From Podarcis filfolensis (Eukaryota), in NCBI GenBank assembly GCA_964270895.1, contig OZ185435.1: a DNA stretch of 64,000 nucleotides; one strand, 5' to 3'. Below are positions 38,712-52,727 of this stretch, piece after piece; the first letter of the stretch is position 1, and every line of letters starts with the position of its first letter. A program made the translations under genes and the position numbers. The notes under the pieces were generated by a model. It saw only the letters and a list, made by a program, of their open reading frames with translations. It made no database searches and was not told the DNA's origin.

Positions 38712-39590
38712 CTCTATAATGTCAGGGGAGCTCAAAATGCAAGTTCCTACTGTCTCGTAGAGTATTACCTGATGCTGAACAAAATAAGGCAGTCCACATA
38801 AACAAAGCTCTCTGTGGAATTCAAAATATTTAAAATTACTTATTCAAAAGTAATTTAATATTTTAAAATACTTATTTTGCATTTCTTTTAAAAAATACCA
38901 ACAAATTATTTGGCTTGCTATTTTTTAACCTGCTCCACTGTCAAATGTGTGGCAGGGTAGGCATAAGACATCATTTCTCAGTCATGACTCTCAGAATTCA
39001 GAACAGCTTTCCTACTTTTTTATATATAAATATTTTATTTAATAGATTAGACCATTTTTAAGGCAAAAATGCCTGTCAAAGTTGTTTACAGTTGTATATA
39101 ATATAAATCCATAAAATCCAATATTAAAATCACTAATGGTTGCACCCAGGGAAGTAATGCCTTTTGAACAAGTACTTTCAATTCTGCAATGGAACCTCCC
39201 CTCCTCTTCTATCACACATGCCCCACACCCATGTCTCCCATCAGCTCTGGGGGGTAAGGGGAACACACAGAACAGTTTTGGAAGGGACACAGTGCGGGGA
39301 GCAAAAGTTGAAGCTCTTTTGCAAGTGGGATAACTTTGTTGGATAAAACCCTAAATATTTAAAATACTGATTTTTATCAAGATGTAAAAGAAAAGTAAAA
39401 GAAAAGTAAATTCAACTAGTTTAAGAACAATGTCCAATTTACAGATGTTAATTAGCCCCAAAAGGCCATAGTAACATAATATGTTTTTAAGGTGGTTTGC
39501 CTAAGGCTTTGTCACCCAGTGGAGCTTTGTTGCATGCTCTTAAAATAATTTTAAACTGCTGCCACTTTTCAAAGATGTTAGTAATATTAG

Positions 39591-39786
39591 GCACCAGGCA
39601 AAAAGGTTTCTCTATAATCAGCTTTTGGCTGATTAAACATTCTATGGCCTTTTAAATGTGCTTGCGTAGGAAGGGCTTATTGGTTTGTTTTTGTTTCATT
39701 CTCTATTTTGTGTTCTCATTTTGTATTATTAGGTTGTGAACTGCCCTGTGATCTTTCGAAGAAGGGTGGTATACAAATTTAATAAA
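39591..39786 (+). mobile_element. L2 3' tail fragment (further tails at about 21830-21912 on - and 23505-23625 on +)
   Basis: ggcaccaggcaaaaa...ttggctgattaaac...gtgaactgccctgtgatc...agggtggtatacaaatttaataaat. Confidence 0.55.
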
Positions 39787-40429
39787 TCACCAACATGTTT
39801 TAGTTTACAATTTATTTTATTGTATTTGACAATATTTATGAAGTGATGGTTTTTGTAAGTTGCCTTGATTATATATTTTATGGAAAGATGGGGTATAAAT
39901 ACCAGAAATAAACAAATATCTTAAATAGCTTTATCTTGCTTTGAACCAACTCAAGCTAAGGCAAAACCAGTTTTCCATTTCAATTAGCTTAATAACTTCT
40001 CTGTGATAAGCAATAAATAATAATCTTTTGAAACTGATAAAATATGCCATCTCAAAAACTGGAAAACTTCCTACAGACTGCAAATGGCACGCTTACAAAT
40101 GTACACACATGTAATTATTTTATGTGTGAAAGAACAAGAGGGCATAAATTGGTTTCTTCACTACTAAGAAAAAGAAATGGCAAATACTATTTTTCAAAAG
40201 GTCACAGGAAGAAAAGCCACCACGGGCTAAAAAGTCAGCGGCATTTATTTGACTGAACAGATTACCATGTCAATTAATATGTTTCATGTTTTTTAATCAT
40301 TAGCAATTGATGCTTATCACACAGGGTAAAAAACAGAGAGAGTTTCTTTTCAGTAAGTGGAAATTGAGCACCAAAGATGAAGGAAGAAGTCTGAGTCCTG
40401 CCAGATCACTGTGTAGTAGGTTGGAACAG

Positions 40430-40850
40430 GGATTGTACCGCCTCTTTCCATATGAACCTATCCGGACCCTGAGATCATCTTCTGAGGCCCTCTGTCGTGT
40501 GCCTCCTCCTTGAGAGGTCCAGAGCGTAGCAACACAAGAATGGGCCTTCTCTGCAGTGGCTCCCCATCTGTGGAATAATCTCCAGGGAAGTTCTGGTACC
40601 TTGATTATACACCTTTAGGCGCCAGGCAAAAACATTCCTTTTTAACCAGGTCTTTGGCTGATTTAATTGACATCCTATGCCCTTTTAAAATGCAGTAGTT
40701 TTTGTTTTGTTTTTGGAGGGGGTGCTATTGGGTTGTTGTTTTTATTTTTATTATGTATTTTGTGGTTTTATATTTTGATTTTATTAGGTGAACTGCCCTG
40801 AGACCTCCGAGTATAGGGCGGTATATAAATTCAATTATTATTATTAATAA
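40430..40850 (+). mobile_element. L2 LINE 3' fragment
   Basis: Shares gcaacacaaga.tgggcctt...gtggctccc with the 43.3-43.7 kb copy; ends gtgaactgccctgagacctccgagtatagggcggtatataaat. Confidence 0.68.
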
Positions 40851-42365
40851 TAGTTTGATGAGGCATAATCTTACTCAGTCCCCAGCTATGTTTGTTTTCA
40901 AGCCAGACAAGGCCAGGACACTGTATCGAGTCAAACAACTACATAGTAACATGGTAGGGCTTAGTCTCTCATCCCTCCAGTGACAAGGCAAGAGCAGTCA
41001 TTGAACCAGGTGACAAAAAGGCAGGAGGCTTCAACCCACCATATTTCAGTAGAGTGACTCAGTAGGTACAATCTCTGTTCCAACCTACTTGCACCTGGTC
41101 CATTATTCAAAGCCAAGCAAAGCTGGAAGTGTATGTTTTACCAATCAGAAGTGTTCTTTCATATATTTTAAAATACATTTTAAAAAATGAATACCAAATA
41201 ATTACCAAATACAAAGTGTTGTCTTCCAAGGCAAATATACATACAAATGCTACCCTTACTCAATCAGGCTGGTGGTGCTTCAAGCCAAACATGGATAAAT
41301 ATCTATCCCAAGAAGGAGGAAAGGAGTAAGACTTCTTGCCCAATAAAGTTGACATGTATTTTCTTGGTAAACAACAAAATCCAAGACAGTTTTTTGCTAC
41401 AGCTAGGAATCCTAGGAATTCCTTAGAAGAGCTTGAACATGTCTTTGAAAAATAAGTCAGAAGTTGTCTGCAGTGTCTATAAGATTCTACAGCCTTCCTG
41501 TTGGAGCTGCTTTTTCACTGATATATCTGACAGCCCAGTTGTAATGTCTGAAGGCCTGCAAACCACCTGAGCAGATCTTTCCACTCTGCCCCCCTTCCTT
41601 TGTTATAAAAAATAACTGAGCAATGGACCATGATTAAGCTTCTCATCAAAGGAGCCTTTCCAAGCATGAATGAGCTCCCCACCCCTGCATCCCTTCACAC
41701 CTTCTGGAGAGGGAATGATATACTGACTCTCTGGCAGAGCATTTGCCTTTCCCCTTCCATTCTGGAAGGCTCAGGGAGCCTTGAGGGCAGCCTCTTATCA
41801 TTTTTCAATGATGGAGGAGCATAGGATAAAGGTAATGTGTAAGAAAAGACACAGGAAAGCAGTGAGGATGGGGTTACATTGTGCACATCTGGTGGGTGTT
41901 CTTCTCTGCTATACTCATCTTATGCATATCAGTCTGTGAAATTAGATGAAAGAGCATGCAGATGTTAACTGAAAGAATGTGATTCAGTTTGGCACAGAAC
42001 GTACCATGTACTGCTAATGGATGCAAAGTGTGTGGGAATTAGTTAACAGGAGGAGGGCCAATTAAGGACTTGTCCTGTTATCAACAAACCAAAAGTAACA
42101 CAAGTCCCCCCCACCCCCACCCCAACAAGAATGTGTTTTGTTGTTGATGTCGACACTAATCAAAGTAGAATTTGTGTATAAGGACTACAGGAAGAAAAAA
42201 ATCAGTTCAGAATGAAAAAATATTAAGAGAGTGCTTCATAAAGGCATTGCATGGTTGTCATTTTTGCTAAATTAAAGTGGAATGATTTGTGAAATGCATG
42301 TGTACAACTGGGAGTAGGGATTTCAGTTTCCTATTTTATATTCAAACGTGCTTTTTGAGAAACAA

Positions 42366-42531
42366 AGGAAGCTGCCTTATACTGGGTCAGAACATTGGTC
42401 CATCTAGCTCAGCACTGCCTACACTCACTGGCTGGGGTTTCAGACAGGGATGTCTCCCAGCCTTACCTGAAGATTCTGGGACTGAGTCTGGGGCCTTCTA
42501 CAGGCAAAGCAGAGGCTCTATCACTGAGCTA
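42366..42531 (-). mobile_element. tRNA-derived squamate SINE (Squam3-like), diverged; other copies at about 9525-9700 (-), 53637-53845 (-) and 59993-60172 (+)
   Basis: The minus strand reads tagctcagtgatagagcctctgctttgcc...gaaggcccca (tRNA head) and ends agctagatggaccaatg...gtataaggcagcttcc. Family name from recall. Confidence 0.6.
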
Positions 42532-42850
42532 ATACACCTGTGACCATTTTCATGGCAGAGTCTTCGCGCGTGCCCCATTACATTATTTATGAAATGTAAG
42601 GAAAGGGTCAAACTGCACTTTCTTGAATTTGTACAGATTTCAATTCCCTCATTAAGAACAACTGAAAGGCTCTGCCCATATCATCAGCACATGTCAAATT
42701 TCATTTCGTTTGAATTTTTTAGTGCCTCATAGGTTTAGTAAAATCTTGTTGCATTTCCTGTTCAAGCTTGTGTCTTCCTCTCTGAATTGCATGCACAGGG
42801 TTTAAAGAATTTTAATTAATAAATGCTGGATTTGTGCAAATACCCTCATG

Positions 42851-42892
42851 CATCCATCCATCCATCCATCCATCCATCCATCCATCCATCCA
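42851..42892. repeat. (CATC)10 microsatellite
   Basis: Ten perfect catc units. Confidence 0.92.
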
Positions 42893-43249
42893 ATGTGTAA
42901 TTAATTTCATGCATTATGGGGGGAAAGGGAGAAAGGTGGTATTAAAAAATGAGCTGGCTTCTGGAAGTATGAAGTAGATAGCTTTTAACCTCTTCTAGCA
43001 AGAAAATTAACAAGCTGTCTAGATAAGGATGGAAATGTCTGAAGGAAATACTGCACTTTTCTAGCAGATACCTGTTACTATTCAAACAATGCTTTCCTAA
43101 GTTGGTTTTAAAATGAGGCCACTGGGTCAGACTTTTGACATCGAGATGCAGGGACAGTGCCATCTGCAGGACCAAAAATGCAAATTCTAATCACCATCCC
43201 TTATCCACTTTGCAACAGCGTTATTTTTCTGATAAAGGGGTACACAATT

Positions 43250-43740
43250 TATTTATATTTCCAATCCTTAATAGACATATTATTATTAATAATGAGATTT
43301 GTATGCCACCCTTCAACTGAATATCACATCATGGTTCACAACAAACATACAAAATGAGAATACAAAATACATAACAAATAAAACAAAAAAACCAAACAAT
43401 AATTGCCTCCCACAAACACACTTAAAAGGCCATAGATTGTTTAATCAGCCAAAGGTCTGGTTATAGAGAAACGTTTTTGCCTAGCACCTGAAGATTTATA
43501 ATGAAGGCACCAGGCAAGTCTCCCTGGGGAGAGCATTCCACAAAGGGAGCCACCAAAGAAAAGGCCCACTCTTGTGTTGCCGCCTTCCGGACCTCTCATT
43601 GAGGGCGTACACGAAGAAGAGCCTCAGGGCCAGAGTTGGTTCATATGGGGAGAGGCACTCCTTGAGGCATTGAGGTCCTGAGCTGTTTAAGGCTTTATAG
43701 GTCAAGAAGAGCACTTTGAATCGGGCCTGGAAACCAAATT
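43250..43740 (-). mobile_element. L2 LINE 3' fragment
   Basis: The minus frame FKVLFLTYKALNSSGPQCLKECLSPYEP resembles the L2 ORF2 C-terminus; it is followed by an AT-rich 3' UTR and tail. Confidence 0.72.
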
Positions 43741-44013
43741 GCCTTGCCTCATTGAGCAATCTGGCCACCAAATTCCAGTTGACGTTTCAGCCTTCTGAAG
43801 GTAACCAGAACACAGACAACAGAAGTTGTCTATCCTTGTTCAGACAGGAGCACAGCTGAGCCACTAGGTGATGGAAGGCACTTCATGCCACCAAGGCCAC
43901 TTGAGCCTCAAGCAACAGCAAAGGATCCAGGAGTACCCTTAAGCTACGTACTCACTCATTCAGAGGGAGTGCAACCCCATCAAGTGCAGGCAGCCTCCAA
44001 TCCATCCAGTCTA

Positions 44014-44310
44014 GTGTACACTTGTGAAGAGATCCATGACTTGGGAGCATGGAAGCAGATTGAGAATATATGGGAAAAAATTGGAGGACAGGGAAACAGC
44101 AGTGACCTTACTGTGGCTGTCTACGATAGACCTCTAAGCCAGATTGAGGACTTGAATGATATTACCAAATATTCAAAAAGGAGAGATATAGTAGTCATGG
44201 AAGACTTCAACTACCCTGATGTCTGTTGGAACTCAAGCTCTGCCAAGAATGTAAGGTCCAACAAACTCAATTGCCTTGCTGACAATTTCATTTCCCACAA
44301 GGTAGAAGAT
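44014..44310 (+). mobile_element. CR1-type ORF2 apurinic endonuclease-domain remnant
   Basis: Translation IENIWEKI...LTVAVYDRP...DIVVMEDFNYPDVCW...SNKL.CLADNF..KVE resembles the CR1 EN motifs (VGVYYRPP, VVMGDFNYPDICW) with decay. Confidence 0.8.
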
Positions 44311-47300
44311 GTATTTTTTCTTTTCATGGAAGGAGCCCATGGTCATGTGGCTCCCATATTATACTAGTCATGCAAACTAATTGCTTGTGTGCCCAGGTTT
44401 TTTGAGATGCAAATAAGCCACAACAAGTCATCAGAATGAACTCATAAATCTAAAGCAACAGCAGAGGGGGCGGGGAGGAAATATCAGGGGCACTACAAAT
44501 GCAATGAGGAGTTGGAGAGAAATCTTTAAAGATCAGATTTCATTCAGCGACCTTTCTGGGGATCCAGGATACTTCAGAATTACGTCTTAATCATTCAGTA
44601 TTTCTTATGCTCTGGGATCAACAGAGCAAGAAATCACCTTTTATATTCAGACTTTTATATTACAGTTTCTGAGAAGAAGGACCAGGTTCACAGCAAGATC
44701 AGTGGCTTGATTATCAAACTGTAGCACATTTGAAGAACATTGGTTGTAGCTGTGATTATTATTATTTTTTAAAAATTAGAAATATAAATATAAAAATTAT
44801 GGGAAGGAGTACTTCCATCTGACCTCACAAAATGCCCCTCCCATTTATATTCCCCCACCCATTTATAGTCCTAAATCTACACAGTTAACATTTAACTTTG
44901 AAAACAGACAGATAGCTTGAGCAAAACAAGTGACTATCATCAAGCAACCAGTGGATAACATAGAAATTCCTTCCCAAACCGCATAATAAATTATATCCAA
45001 CACAAGATACAATTCTTCAAAGGAATCCTAGCTTTGACAAATGTCTGGCCTCTGCACTTTGCTATCACACTTTTCCAAAGAAATGAGTATTATTTTCACA
45101 AACCTTTAACCTTTGATACAATGTGGGAGTTTCCTGGTTTCAAGCTATATATGTCCCAGAGTGACACATAGCATTCAGCGGTCACATTTCAGACATTCCC
45201 CATAAATTAGTAAGAAGATTCTGGTGTAAATTGTGTAAATCTATCCAGAGACAAGGCACAGGTCAAGCTGCTATTGAAGTCAGTAGGGGGATATGGTCAA
45301 TAGTGGGAAGAAGAGCCATGTTCTGAAACGGTAATTGACATTCTGGATCGATAGAGCAAAATATTACAAACCCGAAACTATGAAACCCTCTTTCCTTTAT
45401 CCAGGATGTTTGCCACCTATTTTAAAAACAGAATAGGATTTTAAAAATTTACAATTCTGGCTTGGCATCCTCACATATAGAAAGAAGGGACAGGGAGATC
45501 CCCTGGTTCTCTCTGGCTTGGCATAAGCAGTCTTTGATATTGAGCAGAATAGCAGGAAAGCCCTTCTGTTCCCATTGCTTCCCTGCCATGATGTTCAGTT
45601 CCTATCCACATGAAGCAAGAGGACAGGAGAGACAGAAGGATGTTTCTCTGCCCTCCTCTACAGTCCCTTTAAAACCTTCTCTTAAATAACCTTATATACA
45701 AGTTTTCAAACAGTCATGTCAAAGCACTATTATCAGTTTCCGAAACAAAAATACTCCACTTGAATCTCTAACCCTGTTTCCTACTTCTGATCAAGCTTTC
45801 ATGAATTCCCATCAGGGGACCTAACATTCTGCATTAAAATAACTTTGTAACAGGATTCCCTAAAAAACAAGACTGAGATTTGTAGATTTCTGAAGGAGGT
45901 ATTATGTTTGTAGAGACAGTGAGACTAGCTAGAAGGAAATAATAGGATGAGATGTAAAAAGTACACACACATAGTTTCATTATGGCTGGGAAAAATGGAC
46001 TCTCCTGGCAGATGAATAAGATGTTGGCCAGTATGAAAACTTAGCAAACAGAGATGTGGATGTGCAGTAAAGATGTTTTTTAGCACACATATAATGGGTT
46101 GGGGCATATGCAAAAAAACCTTTATTGTGCATGAATATTCCTATTCCCTTCCAAAAGCCAAACATCTCACATTCTGAACACGAAAGAGTCATATAGCACT
46201 TTGAAAATCAGCAATATGTTCCATTTATAATGGAGCATACTCAAGATGAATATGCCCATTCTTTTCTTCAGGTTCATATTATTTATATTCATAGTGCCCT
46301 AAAGGAAGAGCTCAGTTTGAAATGCATTGGGCTCAATAAAAGCTTGTCGCTTGTGCACCTGAAGGTTTCTTTCCTTCTTCCTGAGACTGGTGGCTTCCTG
46401 TGTTCTCTTACTTCTTTCCCAAATGAAACCAAATATATTTTTCCAAATACCAATACAAAAAAAATAGGTTGTTTTGCTGTTGTTTCTATTACAAATGTGG
46501 TACAGACAACTGAGTGCTAATTACTTGGTGAATTATGGTGTGCTATCTCACCCAATACAGAGTGAACCCTTATTTCTTGACTAGCTACGCTTCTGACCAG
46601 AACACCTCTACACTCTCCGGAAGTTCATTAATAAGTAGTCAAATGATGGGTGGGGGAGGGTTTAAGGATGCTTAAGTAATCAAAAAGTAGCCCAAAGGAA
46701 TTCAATATGTATGTTATGGGAAGTCTCAATTAAGAAGAGACATACTTCTATCCACTGGCTGTAAATGCCAAGGAAGAGATGAATTAATCATGACAATAAG
46801 ATTGAATGTATAAACAGGAGCCAATGGAAGAAATCAAGAGATGGTATAACATCTTTTAGTCTCAAGAATATGACAGTAAGAACAATAGACTATTAAGATC
46901 CTTCAGATTATTATCTTTGCTAAATTGACTTTCAAAGGTACATACTGGTACCTGTGAGAATGAAAAGGCTTACTGTGAAGTAATTTGAAGCCATCATACT
47001 GGAGGCTAAGCTAATGTCTTCTGGAGAATGGGATAGCGCCATGTTGACTGAATAAGTTGGATGCCCAAGGAGAAGGCATGAGAGGTAGTTTTTGTGGTTA
47101 CTGCAGCTTATAGAACCTAGAGTTAGAGAGGGCTAGTATGATGATTGGATGTGTACTATTTTTCTATTTTGCCTTAGTTATAAAAAGGTACAACAACAGT
47201 AATTCCTTTGATGTGCTTTTTGTGAATTATGCTTTATTCTGACATCAAATTGTTTTGTGGATTGATTCCCATGGAAAAATATATATATGAAAATGATAAT

Positions 47301-48092
47301 ATCATGGTCAATCATTTAGATATGCCCAGACCATGAATGGCTAAGGCTTTATCAGTCAAGTCTTGAACTGGTCCCAGAAGACCACAGTCAGTCAATACAA
47401 TTGGTGCAACACAGTTTAAATGTCATCATGCGTCTGCACATGTGAACTACAACTCCTGAGTCACTGTCACATTACACTGGCCAAATATGGAAGTTATTTA
47501 TTTTTTATTTAACTCCCATTGGGCTCTCCTAGTCTTCCTAAGTATGAACAGACAGAATGAACTAAATCACTGGAGTGCCAGCCTTGACATCCCCATCCAA
47601 AAAGCCAAATGATGCAAGAGAACAATGTACAATCTCAAATGCTTCTGATCAACAGCATTTCCCCAGTCAGCCTCTAGGTAAAAATCATTTACCAAGGCTG
47701 TAAAAGTTGCTTCCAGCCATAATCAGGCAAGAATCCTGCATGGAAAGGACTGAGATAGGGTGTATAATCCAAGAAAACCTGTAGTTGCTCTGCTGCTACC
47801 CACTTTACTGCATCTACCATCTCCACATTGAAAAAGAAAAGGAAAAAGACTGAACACTAATCTAAATTTAGACTCTCCTGGCACTGTACTTCGAAGTTTC
47901 CTCCATCTCTTTTCAGTGAGCACTCAACCTGTAAACATTATAGGTTTTCACCCCAAGATCCCAACAAAACAGTTTATTTCACATGTTTGAAAAGAAACCT
48001 CAGAGCACTTCAGAGTCCTGGAAACAACACAATAAATCAGTACAATGGTATCCTCTGTCAAAGCAATTTGCTTAGATTTGTCACTTGCTTAC

Positions 48093-48215
48093 CTGTGCTA
48101 CTTCTTCAAAATCGTCATGTCTTTTCTGAAGAGCTCGTGCCCGATGCAGGGATTTTCCCACTCCAGTGTGTTTACTAAGGAAGGCTTCCCCATGGTTTTC
48201 AATCCAGTCCAATAC
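48093..48215 (-). CDS. KALRN: KALRN coding exon VLDWIENHGEAFLSKHTGVGKSLHRARALQKRHDDFEEVAQ, 123 nt, phase 0-0 (not in ORF track)
   Basis: Translated by hand; acceptor ctgtccag|GTATTG and donor CAG|gtaagc. It fills the gap between the neighbouring exons exactly. Confidence 0.96.
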
Positions 48216-51200
48216 CTGGACAGAGAAGAATATCCAATTATCTCTCATGGCTGTTCAACACAAAACATCCAATTATCTGTGGGCAGTACTTAGAAACAAC
48301 ACCATTCCATATAAGTGGATTCAATAGCCTGAAGAGTTTATCTAACACTCAACACCATTCAGAGACAAATCTACTCAGAATCCAAAGTAAAAGGCTCTCC
48401 CCCTCACGCTATTTACTGATAAATTGCTATTATTGAATACCTGTTGTCTGTTTATTTCCACCATATGCTACGTTTTGCAGCAGAAATGAATTTGTTCTAA
48501 ATTACTGGGATTTTAAAAAGAAAACAACCACTACTATCATCATATAGGGGAGACAGTTACATCTACTATGTTGCCCTTCCATTCAAGTTCTTGTGTCTTA
48601 GATGTGCAATGATTCACTTCATATGAGCAGCCTATCCCAAGGCAGAGTATCTAAAATAAATCTGAACTGAAAGTAAAGGATTTAATTTTAGGAAGAGGGG
48701 AGATGGCTGTTTCGACGTTTAATCCAAAGAGTCTAAGGCTGAGGTCTTAAACCATACAACATTGGACGACACCAATTGTTAATGTAACATCAGTTTCCAA
48801 TCTACTCACTGTAACTGATCCCAGCATACCTAATATGCAAGAGGTTTAAAATATTATCTTTCCAAAAAAAAATCAGCTCTGCCACAGCAGGTAAAAGATG
48901 CTTCTCCCAAGTAGTAAAAACATTAATGTTACAAGTACAAGTAACATCAAAAGCATCCATCCATTATTAGAAGCCCATGCTTTTTAAACAAAATACAGTT
49001 ATACCATATATGCAGATGATTCAAGATGACATGGATGACATAAATGCTACAGAAGAACAGTAGTAGCCATAAATTTTGATGCCATAATTCAGGTCTTCTA
49101 GAAAACTGGCACCAGCGGCATCTGAACCATGATAGCTGACAGAATGTGTAACAAGCAGAAGGAGCCCTTCTCACAAGCTGACCAACTGGCTGGCCTTCCT
49201 TTCCATCTAACGGTAGAATGATGCTTGAGAACACAGAGAGCAAAATCTTGTACAACCAGAAAGACAGAAAGGAAGGACAGCTGGATTGTTCATTAACGAC
49301 CCATGCTCTATTCAACTCCTGGTTAGCCCCAGATGCTACTGAGATATTTCAGGCACTTGGTTCCTTCTCACATTCAACAAAAATGAATGTTATAATGAAA
49401 TATACAAACGCCTACCCACCCAGCCTGTTTGCTACCCTGTCTGCTGAAAAGGGCACCATCAGACCCTACAGAGAAACCTTCTGGTCATGAGAATCACACC
49501 AACTTCCTGAACTGTGTTTCAGCTTGTGGCATGCAGGGATGTTGCAATACTCTGAACGTTGGGGTGTATCACATTGCCTTTCTTGCCTAAGCTCTTTTGA
49601 TTTTTTATTATTTATAGCAGCCTTTGACAAGTTGGTGCCCTCCAGATGTTTTGGACTACAACTCCCATCAGTCCCAACCAGCCCATGAAGGCTGGTTTTT
49701 AAAGATGTCTGTCGGCAACCACCTATGCTATATGAAACTAGAGAGGTAGATTCTGTTTAGGTAGTGCTAAGGAGAAATAGTAGTTTTCCTACTGAGCAAC
49801 ATTTCTTCCTAAAGGTCTTTTCTGGCTTAGATTGTAAACTGAGCTGGCTTGCCTCCATCTAGGACACCTGGGAAGCTGAAACAGCTGAACATCAAGTACC
49901 TTAATCCTTAGTATGACTATCAAGCCTCCTGTAAATGATATGTGCAGGTTCCTTTCTGCCTGGTGTTTACTCCTGTGTAAATATGCACACAATAAGGCTA
50001 CATTTATATTCCACAGAACAAGATCTTCTTTAAACTGCATTTTAAAAATAAACTTTGCATTATTTCTTTGGTGGGTATAGTACAATAACACTTAGGAATT
50101 TTGTAATGTAGGTCATATACCAATTTAAAAGAAAATGGTCCACTATCCTACTTAATGTTGGGATACAGTGGTAGCTGCTGTTTGATGGATCAGGAACATT
50201 TTATGGGGTTTATCAGAGGAAACTGCCACCTCAGTTTCCCTCTTGGAATGAACTCCTACGCATATGAGATAAGAGAACCCAAAATATGACAGGTTTTTCT
50301 TCTAATATGTCTTTGCTCTAGTGTTTGTACATGGCTTGTAATAACAGGAATGACTGAACAGTTGCTAGCTAGCTCCGCTGTTATTAAATCTATTAATACT
50401 TCTGTTAACATCCTTTCTCCTCATCAGGGAATCTTCACATCCTCTACTATAATCCAGTCTAAGCATAAAGTGGAAGTTGAAAGCAGAGCCATATTATTTG
50501 AAAGTAGGAAATGTCCATTGACCTAAAATATGCTTATTATAAAGAGAAAATCTAAATGGCATTCCCACTGATTGAAAATAATTATTTTCTATATATTTAC
50601 AGGGAAGCTATGCAATTTCTTATGTATTTTGAATATAAGATACAGCACACACAATGTTTTCATTGGGGTTGGGAGACTGCATTCTTAGCCAAAATATAAT
50701 TTACCTCTGATGTAACTTTCTTGGCTTCTTTGTTTGCAGGAAGAAGTAGTGTCAGACGTATATGACATCACTACTTTATGTCCTTCACTGGAAACTCTGA
50801 ACAAGGTATTTATTGAGGTTTCCTGTATCCCATGCCTTCATATTATTCATTATCAACTTTCAAACAACAATAAGTATATGGGAATGCTCAGTGTGTGATG
50901 GTCACTGAACAGAGTGATGTCCCCATTCAAGCTCTCTTCTTCTTCACGGAAGATACTGAGAATCTCCATCCATTGTTAATATTTACAGGACCTTGGGTCA
51001 CACAATTGATGTGTTCTAATTACAACCAGCAGAGGGTGCTTCCAGTGCACATCTGAGCCAAAACAGTTTCATTTTTGACTGTGCATAAAAATGATTTTTC
51101 TACCACTACCGGAAGAAATTGTCACTGGGGGCTATACAATTTCCAAGGTTTAAAGGGACATGTCTGGAAAGCTACACAGCACCAGTCAGCTGCAACAGCT

Positions 51201-52476
51201 ATGTAGTTCCCATGTGAACCCTAAAAGAACAAACATGTGAAAGCTTTCTATTGGCTTAAAACTATGCACTATGAAGGGAAGGGGGGATCATTTAGGGTGT
51301 GTTCATTAATTCCTCCTTGAGGGTCCCTCCTCATCTCGCTCCTAACCTTTAGATTTTCCTTCTGGTTGGATAATCAATGGAAAACTTGTTAACTGGTCAC
51401 AATATAAAGGACTAATTGGAAACTATATGAAAAGCAATTGGAATTTTTGCTGGTTGCTGGTTTACTTTTCTGTCCACCGAAAAATGTGGCCTCATGCTCA
51501 GCTGCACACATTGGAAAAATAAGAAATTAGGCCTAGCTGGCCAGCCAACCAGCTAAGTTTAGTGTGCACAACAATGTTTATATTCCTTTAGGGTTATTTT
51601 CATCCTTTACCAGTAAGTATTCAAGAAAAAGATTTTGAATACTGTATAGTAAGTGCTTTAAAAGAGTAAAGAGTATCTTAAGATAGATACTTTTTCAGAT
51701 CACTTTAAGTTATCTCTTTATTTCAACCTTTAGCAGAAAGCACCCAGTCCTGCTCTAGGCATCAATACAAATTCAGAATAAACAAACTCTCCCTTCTTGT
51801 TGCAGGCAAACAAGCTTATTTCTTTACTATTGGATGGGTAGAGGGGTGGACTCTAACTCTAGTCCATACAAAGTTATAATATTTAACTCTTGAAGGGTCA
51901 TTTTACTATAAAGGCTGGAGTTTTTTCAGGATCACTTAAGCAATTATAGGGTGATTGTGATCATGAAAAATCCACCCAAAGGGAAATTCTTGAATGAGTA
52001 GACTTTGGAGGGCTCTTCAGAATCAGGCTTTTGCTGTGTACTTGCCCTACCCAAATTTATCAAAGGGTCCCATTGCTCCTGTTCTCAAAACAAGTTGTCA
52101 TTCTTCAAATGAAGGCTGTCAATGACCATTACATCACAAATTAAAGAGACAATTATCCCCCCAAAAAAACTGGGAGGGGTGGGAAGCACAGCTTTGGGAG
52201 GGGACAGTGCCTCAAGAATGCAGCCTAATTCTACAGCATGAAGCAAGCTCAGTACTTTTCTAAAAAAATAAATAAATAAAAGTGTACTTCTGGAGGATGG
52301 ATTGGGCAGGAAGCTTCCCATTCAGCAGCAGAAGACTTACTGTAGCTGTTAAGTAAAAAGAAGCAATACTGGCACCATTCTCTGGTGGCTGAAATCCACA
52401 GTCTAGCTACAATACAAAATGAAAATGTAGAGACAACATTGTGAATTTCTTCAATAAACAGATGTTATGGAATCTT

Positions 52477-52727
52477 CTGTCGTACCTTGGTTCTCAAATG
52501 GAATCCATTCTGGAAGTCTATTCGATTCCCAAAAACGTTCGAAAACCAAGGCATGGCTTCCAATTGGCTGCAGGAGCTTCCTGCACTCAACTGGAATCTG
52601 CAGAAGGTGCATCGGACATTCGGCTTCCAAAAATAGTTTGCAAACCAGAACACTCACTTCTGGGTTTGCGGTGTTCGGGAGCCAAAATGTTCAAGAACTA
52701 AGCTGTTTGAAAACCAAGGTACAACTA
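52477..52727. mobile_element. CpG-decayed Tigger-like MITE
   Basis: Ends ctgtcgtaccttggtt...aaccaaggtacaacta|TA are imperfect inverted repeats; internal gttcga/aaaaccaagg repeats. Confidence 0.7.

Noticed and set aside
40430-43740. Inverted L2 pair as a circRNA driver
   Set aside because: No exon lies between the two copies and they are visibly diverged.
43885-44367. 160-aa ORF (longest in the track) as a host gene
   Set aside because: Its recognisable part is a decayed CR1 endonuclease fragment with a mutated GDFN motif; the rest is flanking intron.
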